Origin: Candidatus Sysuiplasma jiujiangense
GTDB taxonomy: Archaea; Thermoplasmatota; Thermoplasmata; Sysuiplasmatales; Sysuiplasmataceae
Reading direction: 5' to 3'
Length of the DNA: 29,887 nucleotides
Assembly: GCA_019721075.1 (NCBI GenBank)
Contig: JAHEAD010000009.1
Span: forward strand, 1 to 29,887
Numbering within the stretch: the stretch's first letter is position 1; each line of letters begins with the position of its first letter. The notes below the pieces were generated by a model. The model was not told where the DNA came from, did no database searches, and was given only the letters and a program-made list of their open reading frames with translations. Made by a program: the position numbers and the translations under genes. Positions 17,767 through 26,000 of the stretch are shown piece after piece.

Positions 17767-19818
17767 TCAGAGCAGATGGAACGTCAGTATAATTGCAATG
17801 AACAGTATGGAAACAGTATTGACCACCTTGATGAGCGGGTTTATGGCAGGTCCGGCAGTATCCTTTGTTGCATCACCCACTGTATCCCCAACAACAGCTG
17901 CCTTGTGTGCGTCAGATCCCTTGCCTCCGTAATTTCCCTGTTCTATCAGCTTCTTGCCGTTGTCCCAGGCAGCGCCGCCCACAGTCATCATGATTGCAAG
18001 GCCAAAACCGCTCAGCACAACACCGATGAGCAGACCGCCGAGCGCAAGCGGTCCCAGAACGAATCCGACGATGAGCGGCGAGAGTATGCCGATCATTGCT
18101 GGCACAGCCAGCTGTCTCAGAGCCTCCTTTGTCACTACATCGACACACTTTCCGTAATCCGGCTTGTCCTTTCCTTCGAGTATTCGTGGATTGTTCCTGA
18201 ACTGGTTCCTGACCTCGACAACAATGGCCTGCGCCGCCTTACCAACTGCGCCCATAAGGAAAGATGTGAAAAAGAACGGAAGCGTTGCCCCTATCAGCAG
18301 ACCGCTCAGCACGAGCGGATTGTTAATTTCGAGGTCGGTAAATCCATGACCGGATATGTATGCATAATATGCCGCAAACAGCGCGAGAGCACCGAGCGCC
18401 GCCGAACTCACTGCATATCCTTTGGTCACTGCCTTGGTCGTGTTTCCAACGGCGTCCAGGGGGTCTGTTCTTTCCCTGACTTCCTCCGGAAGTCCGGCCA
18501 TCTCCGCAATTCCGCCGGCGTTGTCTGTTATGGGACCGAATGCATCGACGGAGATTATCATTCCCGTAAGGGAAAGCATAGCCGCCGCAGTTATGCCGAT
18601 GCCGTAAAGCCCGAAATCAGAAATGCTGTTTGTTATACCGCCACCCGTAATCGTATATGAGATGAGAACAGCACCGACAATCGTCAGGCTCTGCAGAAAT
18701 GAGGATTGAAGACCCCAGCCGAGTCCCGTAATTATGTTCGTTCCGGCACCGGTTGTGGATGCCTTCGCTATTGATCTTACTGGTCTGAAGGGTGTGTCCG
18801 TATAATAATCGGTAATACCCATGATCAGGCCGACGACTATTATGCCTATTATTGAATCAACGAAGAGAGGCTCCACGTATTTCGCCGGGAGCAGGTAACT
18901 TGCGACGAAATAGAATCCGACTGCGGCTATCACCGCAGTTGCAATAATGCCCTTGTAGAGGGCGTTCATTATTTTCTGCGACTTGCCGAGCCGAACGAAG
19001 AAGACCCCGATGATAGACGCAAATATGGAAACAGATGCTATCCCCAGCGGATAAATGACGCCGTTGGAGCCGAGGGCAGTGTGGACGCTTACCAGCGTAT
19101 ACCCCAGGACCATTGTCGCCACTATTGTGACAACATATGACTCAAAGACATCGGCTCCCATCCCCGCGCAGTCACCGACGTTATCACCTACGTTGTCGGC
19201 TATAACTGCCGGATTTCTTGGATCGTCCTCAGGAATACCGACCTCCACCTTGCCTATCAGGTCGGCACCAACATCCGCGCCCTTTGTGTATATGCCTCCT
19301 CCCACCCTTGCGAACAGGCTGACGAGAGAGGCTCCAAACATGTAGCCAAGCATGTCTACCGGATTCCCGTTGTAGAAGAGGAACAGAAGCGACAGGCCGA
19401 TAACCGCAAAGCCCACTATCGTAATGCCCGTCACGCTGCCTCCTCTGAACGCGACAGACAGACCGTCCTTCAACGATTTTCTTGCAGCGTTGGCTGTGCG
19501 GACGTTTGCCCTTATTGATACATTCATGCCGACGTAGCCGGCTATTGCCGAACTCGCGGCACCCACGGCGAATCCAATTGCCTCCTTCCATCCCAGCTGA
19601 TGAACAAACGCTATTATTGCTGTTAAGATGATTGCAAATATGGCCACGGTGGAATACTGCCTGTTGAGGAATGCCTTCGATCCCGCCTGTATTGCCCTGG
19701 CGATATCTATCATCTTTTCACTGCCTTCATCCATTCTGAGAATTGTCAGTGTCTGCACGACAGCATAGATGAGAGCGATCAAAGCTGCAACTATCACGAA
19801 ATCAATAAAATCCGACAT
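17767..19818 (-). CDS. hppA: Membrane-bound pyrophosphatase, K+-independent H+-translocating type
   Basis: GGGIYTKGADVGADL, EDDPRN, DNVGDNVGD, DAFGPITDNAGG, GAAWDN, GDTVGDxxKD. GNTTKA (Lys) is the K+-independent signature. Start ATG 19818 or GTG 19830. Confidence 0.95.
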   Translation of the reverse strand: MSDFIDFVIVAALIALIYAVVQTLTILRMDEGSEKMIDIARAIQAGSKAFLNRQYSTVAIFAIILTAIIAFVHQLGWKEAIGFAVGAASSAIAGYVGMNVSIRANVRTANAARKSLKDGLSVAFRGGSVTGITIVGFAVIGLSLLFLFYNGNPVDMLGYMFGASLVSLFARVGGGIYTKGADVGADLIGKVEVGIPEDDPRNPAVIADNVGDNVGDCAGMGADVFESYVVTIVATMVLGYTLVSVHTALGSNGVIYPLGIASVSIFASIIGVFFVRLGKSQKIMNALYKGIIATAVIAAVGFYFVASYLLPAKYVEPLFVDSIIGIIVVGLIMGITDYYTDTPFRPVRSIAKASTTGAGTNIITGLGWGLQSSFLQSLTIVGAVLISYTITGGGITNSISDFGLYGIGITAAAMLSLTGMIISVDAFGPITDNAGGIAEMAGLPEEVRERTDPLDAVGNTTKAVTKGYAVSSAALGALALFAAYYAYISGHGFTDLEINNPLVLSGLLIGATLPFFFTSFLMGAVGKAAQAIVVEVRNQFRNNPRILEGKDKPDYGKCVDVVTKEALRQLAVPAMIGILSPLIVGFVLGPLALGGLLIGVVLSGFGLAIMMTVGGAAWDNGKKLIEQGNYGGKGSDAHKAAVVGDTVGDATKDTAGPAINPLIKVVNTVSILFIAIILTFHLL

Positions 19819-20000
19819 TCCTGAAGGCACCAGTCGGAGGAAATTGAGAACCGATTAAATAATTTTCCTATAACCCTGTCCGAAATAACGCGAATTCTGG
19901 CGTTCAGCGATTTTTACTCACATTCGAACCATTCCCGCTTGGAGCGCCAGGCTCTCCTTCGGAGACGGCTCCACTCTCCGCGGACGTGATGCGAATGGGC

Positions 20001-20014
20001 AAAAGGCTTATTAA
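20001..20014 (+). promoter_or_regulatory. BRE/TATA promoter upstream of the rpoE1 operon
   Basis: AAAAGG-CTTATTAA: purine-rich BRE followed by a TATA-like box. Confidence 0.5.
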
Positions 20015-20047
20015 CAGGACAACCTTGATGCGTTGAATCGCAGTAGG

Positions 20048-20128
20048 ATGCCAAGAAGCCGCCGCACTTTACGCGCTTCTGCGGCAAAACGCCTTTGCAG
20101 AAGGCAAAAAATGCAAAGCATGAAGTAA
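20048..20128 (+). CDS. Candidate 26-aa highly basic small protein (MPRSRRTLRASAAKRLCRRQKMQSMK)
   Basis: ATG lies about 34 nt after the TATA box; 10 of 26 residues are Arg/Lys, none acidic. Not in the ORF track (too short). Confidence 0.3.
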   Translation: MPRSRRTLRASAAKRLCRRQKMQSMK

Positions 20129-20198
20129 TATCTGGCGGGTAGAGTAAACTGCTTGCAGTAACGGTGTCCATAATCAGAATGTCTGGAAGGTAGTCGGT

Positions 20199-20780
20199 TT
20201 GTATCAGATTCAATCGAGGCATGGTGTCATAAGGGCTCCCCCGGAACGGCTGGGGGAAGATTACGAATTGCTCATATCTGAGCTGGCTCGTTCCACGTTT
20301 GAAGGAAAGCTGGATACAGAGGGAAAACTGGTCGTCATGGTTTCAAACATAGAACCCGACGGAAACGGGCGTGTCGTTCACGGCGATGGAGGCGTTTTCC
20401 AGTCGCTTAACTACGATGCGCTGCTTTTCCAGCCTTTGCTTCAGGAAGTCGTCGACGGGTATGTTGTCGACGTTATTAAATTCGGCGCATTCGTCAGGTT
20501 TGGCCCTTTCGACGGACTATTGCACATCAGCCAGATCATGGATGATAAACTGGATGTTGATGAAGGCGGAAAGAGAATAATCGGCAAGGAGACAAAGAGA
20601 GACATTAAAGTCGGCGACCGTGTAAGGGCACGCATAATATCCGTCAGCCTCAATGACAAAAATGTCAAGGAGAGCAAGATCGGCCTGACAATGAGACAGA
20701 CGGGGCTCGGCAAGTTCGAATGGATCGAGGAAGACAGGAGCAAGAAGTCCAGGAAGGAGAAGGGAGAAATACCGGCTTAG
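20199..20780 (+). CDS. rpoE1: DNA-directed RNA polymerase subunit E' (Rpo7)
   Basis: MY start (TTG), GDGG, S1 domain FGAFVRFGPFDGLLHISQI, KIGLTMRQxGLGKxEW. Confidence 0.96.
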   Translation: MYQIQSRHGVIRAPPERLGEDYELLISELARSTFEGKLDTEGKLVVMVSNIEPDGNGRVVHGDGGVFQSLNYDALLFQPLLQEVVDGYVVDVIKFGAFVRFGPFDGLLHISQIMDDKLDVDEGGKRIIGKETKRDIKVGDRVRARIISVSLNDKNVKESKIGLTMRQTGLGKFEWIEEDRSKKSRKEKGEIPA

Positions 20781-20790
20781 GGTGACACCA

Positions 20791-20985
20791 ATGGCAAACG
20801 TGAAGCAGCTCAAGGCCTGCAAGAATTGCAGTTATATTTCGGAAGAGGATACCTGTCCTCTGTGCGGGGGCCAGACTTCAAGGGAGTTTCAGGGGTATCT
20901 CATTGTCATAGATTACCAGAAGTCGGCAATCGCAAAGCAGATGGGAATTAATGTCAATGGCAAATTTGCGCTCCGGGTCAGATGA
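20791..20985 (+). CDS. spt4: Transcription elongation factor Spt4 (RpoE'')
   Basis: ACKNC...CPLCG, SAIAKxMGI, GKFALRVR. GGGTGA RBS precedes ATG 20791. Confidence 0.95.
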   Translation: MANVKQLKACKNCSYISEEDTCPLCGGQTSREFQGYLIVIDYQKSAIAKQMGINVNGKFALRVR

Positions 20986-21511
20986 ATTCGATCCGAAGGA
21001 GGATCTCTTCCTTCCGCCGGAACTCAGGAAGGAGCTTTCGAAGCAGTACCAGCCGCTGATAACACCGGGGGAGATTGCTGCGATATCGGAGAGTTGCGCG
21101 ATCGTTGCCGTCGGTGACATGGTCTGCTACACTCTGGTTTCCAGCAGGGTGATCCCAAAGATTTCAGTTTTCGATTTCATGACGGAAAGGCACCGGATAC
21201 CTGAGACCTGGTCCGATACCCTTCTTTCCACGCCAGGGGCGCAGCTGAGTGTCCGCAGTCCTCCCGGCTACCTCAGCCTTGAGATGTGGAACGCGCTGAA
21301 GCTTGCATGGGAGTTTCCCGGTCGGACAAAGATGATTGTGGACGGCGAGGAGGATCTCGCAGGCCTTGCGTCGATTTACCTGATGAAAGGTGCGATTGTT
21401 GTTTACGGCCTTCCTGGCATCGGCATGACGGCGATAAAATCGGACGAAACATCAAGGCAGACGGCATATTCGATACTTGCTGAAATGATACCTGTCTCCA
21501 GAATGAGATGA
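20951..21511 (+). CDS. GTP-dependent dephospho-CoA kinase (DUF359 family)
   Basis: LPPELRxEL, VGD, SPPG, VDGEEDL, VYGxP; conserved position after spt4. Start at 20951 or 20957. Confidence 0.9.
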   Translation: MSMANLRSGSDEFDPKEDLFLPPELRKELSKQYQPLITPGEIAAISESCAIVAVGDMVCYTLVSSRVIPKISVFDFMTERHRIPETWSDTLLSTPGAQLSVRSPPGYLSLEMWNALKLAWEFPGRTKMIVDGEEDLAGLASIYLMKGAIVVYGLPGIGMTAIKSDETSRQTAYSILAEMIPVSRMR

Positions 21512-21601
21512 ACTGATTCCACGGCGCCGGAGGGTCTATACGCAGAATTTAAATGTTAGTTAGATGTAGTGAGTAGAGGAATAAAGGTCGGAGCGATTTA
21601 A

Positions 21602-21937
21602 ATGGACGTTGAAATTACATCAAGGAAGGAAAATCCGCTGCTCAACAGGATTGAAGTCAAGGCAGTGGTAAGGCATGCCAATTCACCCACGCCGGGGAGG
21701 GACGAAGTCAGGGAAGCAGTATCCAGATCACTCGGAAGCGCAAAAGAGGGCGTTGTCGTAGATTCAATGAAGAGCGTATTCGGAAAGCATGAAACTCTTG
21801 TCTTCGCGAAGATATACCCGAAGAAGGAAGATGCGCTCAAACTCGAAAGACGGCACATACTCGTCAGAAACAAGCTTGCGGAAAAGAAGCAGGCGGCACA
21901 GAAAGCGGTAAAGGCAGCGAAGCAGCAGGCGAAGTGA
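21602..21937 (+). CDS. rps24e: 30S ribosomal protein S24e
   Basis: ENPLLNRxE, TPGR, FG, AKIY, ExxHILxRN. Confidence 0.96.
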   Translation: MDVEITSRKENPLLNRIEVKAVVRHANSPTPGRDEVREAVSRSLGSAKEGVVVDSMKSVFGKHETLVFAKIYPKKEDALKLERRHILVRNKLAEKKQAAQKAVKAAKQQAK

Positions 21938-21942
21938 TTTAA

Positions 21943-22101
21943 TTGGCAAAGGGCAGGAACAGCATTTACGAAGTAAAGGACGGAAAGTTGAGCAGAACCA
22001 GGCGTACATGCCCGAAGTGCGGTCCCAGCGTGTTTCTGGCAAAACACAGGAACAGGGTGTCATGCGGAAAATGCGGATACGCTGAATTCGAGAAGAAATA
22101 A
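21943..22101 (+). CDS. rps27ae: 30S ribosomal protein S27ae (52 aa, not in ORF track)
   Basis: Manual translation from TTG: MAKGRNSIYEVKDGKLSRTRRTCPKCGPSVFLAKHRNRVSCGKCGYAEFEKK. Confidence 0.96.
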   Translation: MAKGRNSIYEVKDGKLSRTRRTCPKCGPSVFLAKHRNRVSCGKCGYAEFEKK

Positions 22102-22105
22102 TCCC

Positions 22106-22116
22106 TTTTTTTATAC
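22106..22116 (+). terminator. Oligo-T terminator of the rpoE1-rps27ae operon, overlapping the TATA box of tRNA-Arg
   Basis: T7 run 5 nt after the rps27ae stop continues into TTTATAC, about 25 nt before the tRNA. Confidence 0.5.
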
Positions 22117-22140
22117 AGGAACAGCAGTCACCCGCTATCA

Positions 22141-22248
22141 GGGCCTGTAGTGTAGCGTGGATATCACAGGGGCCTCCGGTTCGTCAGGAGAAAGCCCCGG
22201 ACCCGGGTTCAAAAGAGTGTATTCATTCTGAAACTCCCGGCAGGCCCG
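22141..22248 (+). tRNA. tRNA-Arg(CCG) with two introns: 37/38 (22180-22192) and 59/60 (22214-22234)
   Basis: GGGCCTG/CAGGCCC acceptor plus G; GGGGC-CT-CCG-G[13 nt]A-GCCCC; CCGGG-TTCAAA[21 nt]T-CCCGG. Both insertions fold into BHL/BHB motifs. Confidence 0.9.
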
Positions 22249-22312
22249 CTTATTTGCCTCTGCTTTCCGTTTCATACCGCAGGCGCGTTTCACAGAACCG
22301 GCAAAGTTAAAA

Positions 22313-23065
22313 TTGTTGCAGCGGTGTTCCGATATCGTGCTGAGACTCCAGGGACGTGGACTGGCGGGAGGTTCGATTTCAGGCAGCGCAACACTGATCG
22401 ATATGGATTCCGCCGTAACCGATGACAGGGTTGAATCAGGCATATTCATAATACGCGGCAATCTGTCTGAGGATATCCTGTCTTCGCTTCCGTTCAGGTG
22501 CGGCAAAGATGAGTGCGGCATGGTAATGTGTTCCGGCGTCCTGCCGAACACTCCCGGTTTCGGAAACGGAAACACGGTCGTGGCGGCCTCCGGATTTGAC
22601 TGGGAGTATTTCAGGAATGGCGATTTCGTCCGCATTGACGGAACAAGCGGAACGGTTGAGATCGAGAACGTGACGGGGAAGGAGGTGGTAAATTGCGCTG
22701 TGAAGTATAACGACAGGCTTCTGCTTCTCAAGAGAAGCGGGCTTGTGGGCTCATTCCGGGGAAAATGGGCTTCCGTAAGCGGTTATGTGGAGGAGGGTGA
22801 AACGCCGTATGCTGCCGCCCTGAAGGAACTAAGGGAGGAAATATCGGCGGAAGGAGTCTCCCTGTTAAGGGCGGGGAAGCCGGTGGTAACCAGGAAGGAA
22901 GCCACCGTGTGGATATCCTATCCCTTCCTTTTCACACTCGAAAACGATTCCATCACGATTGACTGGGAACACACTGAATACAGATGGGTAAAACCCGATG
23001 AACTTCCGGCATATGATACTGTCCCGGGTTTCGGAAAGGGCCTGGCTGCACTCGGAATCATCTGA
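22313..23065 (+). CDS. Nudix hydrolase with N-terminal swivel (AcnX small-subunit/DUF126-like) domain
   Basis: N-terminal LQGRGLAGGSISG...GDFVRIDGTSGTVEI; C-terminal LLLLKRS...GKW..VSG and Nudix box GYVEEGETPYAAALKELREEI, DWEHTEYRW. Start uncertain (TTG 22313 or GTG 22337). Confidence 0.8.
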   Translation: MLQRCSDIVLRLQGRGLAGGSISGSATLIDMDSAVTDDRVESGIFIIRGNLSEDILSSLPFRCGKDECGMVMCSGVLPNTPGFGNGNTVVAASGFDWEYFRNGDFVRIDGTSGTVEIENVTGKEVVNCAVKYNDRLLLLKRSGLVGSFRGKWASVSGYVEEGETPYAAALKELREEISAEGVSLLRAGKPVVTRKEATVWISYPFLFTLENDSITIDWEHTEYRWVKPDELPAYDTVPGFGKGLAALGII

Positions 23066-23067
23066 AT

Positions 23068-26000
23068 TCAGATGATTTTGTCGACCTCTTTCTGCAGAAC
23101 CTTCAGATCCTTCTCATTCATGGACTCGGGATTGACCGAAAGCAGAAGTATAGACTTAGATTTTGCCGCTGTATCCTTCAGGTACTGGATCAGCCGGACA
23201 ACTGAAGCAAATGTGTTGTTTGATATCAGATATTCTGTACCGTCAATAAACGCAATTCCCGAGTCCTTTGAGAAGAAGTCATTGACCTGGAGGGAGATTG
23301 TCTCCAGATCACTCGGTTTCACTGCATTTTTACCGCCGACCGCGGTAAGCCATATTATCCTGCAGTTGCTGACACCGTATTTCTTTTCGAGCTTCTCCGG
23401 GAATTCCCTTGTGATAAGAAATCCGTTCAGGCCGCTCTCCATGGCAGATCTGAATATCGCCATTCCTTTGTCGGGCTTGTCCTCGAAAATCGCATACGTT
23501 TCACCTGACTCAATGACGAATGTTTCATCCTCCTCCGTAGCCGCTGGAGCCTGCTGTTCCGGCGCAGTCTCGGCCGCACTCTTTTCCTGCGCAGGCTGTG
23601 CGGCTTCGGGCTGTGCGGCAGCCTTCGTCCTGGAAAGAGCTATCACGAGATCATTCCTGTCTATCTTCCAGGCTTCCTTCAATTCACCCGCGGCATTTGC
23701 TACAATCTCGAGAGATCCTATCCTGCACTCCGATGAGATTACGCTGTTCCATTCAACTATCGCTTCAAGGAGCGACCCGGATGTTGCTATCTGTGCGTGC
23801 ACGTACTCGTCCACGTTCAGGCCCATTTCCTTTCTCATCTTCTGTATCCTGCGCATGACCTCCCTTGAGAGTGATTCAAGCTCCAGTTTCCTGTCCATGT
23901 TGAAATCAACATAAACGGTTGCGAAAGGAAGATCAATCTGGGCGACATTGCGCGGAAGCGTGTAGCTGAAAGACACCATGTTCTCCTCGATCTTGATTGT
24001 CTGTCCCTCTATACCGAGGGAATAAGAACCTCCCTTGATGCCGTTTATAACCTCCGCTGCCGGTCTTATCTTGAGCATCATTGCAATTTTACCTGACCAC
24101 TGCCGGTAAACCTTTCCTATTGCGTTTGGATCCGGCACAACAGTGAGAACGAGTTCCTCCCATTCCTGCGCCGGCTGAAGCAGTTTGCTCGACTTTGCGT
24201 TGCACTGCTTCTCAATGATATCGAGCATCCTGCCTATGCTCTTCCTGTTACTGTCGTCGACCGGCTTTATGACGATCCTCGAAAGGGGCCACCTGAGCTT
24301 CATACCCGTCTCCTGTCTTGATTTCAGGACCGCCTCGACGATCTGCCTGGCAAGCACCATATCGGCTTCCAGTTTTGCGTCCCTGAGCACATCGATGACC
24401 TCCGGCCATGTGGAAAGATGAACGGAGAGCGCTTCAGGATTCATGGCCCTGAATATTTCCTCAGAAATAAAAGGCGTGAACGGCGCCAGCAGTTTTGATA
24501 CCGCAGTAAGGACATAATGCAGAACTGTGTATGTTTCCGCTTTTTCCCTGCTTTCCTCTTCAGTCCATGTCCTGTCCCTCACCATTCTGACGTACCAGCG
24601 GGAAAGGTCCTCCACAATGAAATCATCAATTGAGCGCAGTGCCTTATGGACCTCCAGTGCATCGATTAAACCTGTGGCATCTCCAATAACGGACTGCGTC
24701 TTCGAAAGTATCCATCTGTCTTCGATCTTCAGCGATCCTGCAAGAGCCTTCCAGTCAACGGGTGAACTCTTGAAATTATCAAGCGACATATACGTGGATG
24801 CGAAATTGTAGACATTCCAGAGTATGTTGAGCGTCTTTCGTGCATTCTTCGGACCATCCTGCTGAAATGAAATATCATCCCATGGGGCCCTTGAGCCGAG
24901 AATATAGAAGCGCAGGGCATCTGCCCCGTCGCTTTCTATTACTTCCATCGGGTCGACAACGTTGCCGAGGCTCTTGTGCATCTGCCTGCCTCTCGAATCG
25001 TTGACCCAGCCATGCAGAAGAGCCGACTCGAACGGTGCCCTGTTGAACATAATCAGCGATGTGGCAATCTGGGAATTGAACCATCCCCTTGTCTGATCTC
25101 CTGCCTCGGTTATCCATTTGCCAGGCCACCAGATGTCGAATTCCTTCCTGTCGGCGTTGTAATTGAGGGATGCCCATGAGCAGATGCCGGAATCGAACCA
25201 GACGTCAAGCACATCCGGTACTCTATTCATCTCCCCCCCGCACTTCTCGCACTTGAATACAACAGCGTCAATCGATGGTCTGTGCAGGTCCATTCCTTCG
25301 ACGTAGTTGCGCCCGCCTGAAAGTTCCGAGACAGAGGATATCAGCCGTTCCGAGCTGCATTTGGCGCATCTCCACACGGGAATTGGTGTCCCCCAGAAGC
25401 GCTGACGCGAAATGCACCAGTCCTTCAGGTTCCTGGCCCATTCTGCCTGTCTGGACGAGCCGGCCCAGTCAGGCACCCATTTTATCCTGTTTATCTCCTC
25501 AAGCATTCGTTCCCTGAGCTCTGTGGCCCTTATGTACCACTGCATCGTGGAACGGTAGATTATAGGCGTTTTGCATCTCCAGCAGTTGCCGTACCTGTGT
25601 TTTATCCTTCCGGAATAATAAAGCAGCCCCGTCCGTTTCAGTTCGCCGATTATTAAGTCGTTGCACTGGCTTACCCGTTTTCTGCTGATGTCTTTTCCTG
25701 CATCATCTGAATAGGTACCGTCGTCCAGCACGGGACAGTATATATCCAGATTGAATTTTTTCCCGAGATTGAAATCTTCAGGCCCGTGGCCAGGGGCAGT
25801 GTGGACAAGCCCGGTGTATTCCAGTTCCACGCTATCCGACGGTATTACCTTCCAGCTCCATTCCCCTTCCTTGCCTTTTTTGGCAAAACCCTCCAGCGGA
25901 AATGTGTATGCTTTGCCCACCAGATCGCTTCCCTTCATCACCCTGACGATCTCGTATTCCTCCTGGTCAGACAGCGAGCCTATTTCCTCTGCCTTCTGCT

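Noticed and set aside
17740..18660. Long antisense ORFs (also 5596-6429, 7737-8555, 23072-23914)
   Set aside because: Shadow frames opposite well-supported genes.
19831..20198. Fluoride or TPP riboswitch upstream of hppA; 102-aa minus-strand ORF 19914-20222
   Set aside because: Consensus riboswitch motifs were not found on the hppA strand. The ORF overlaps the rpoE1 start and resembles no known family.
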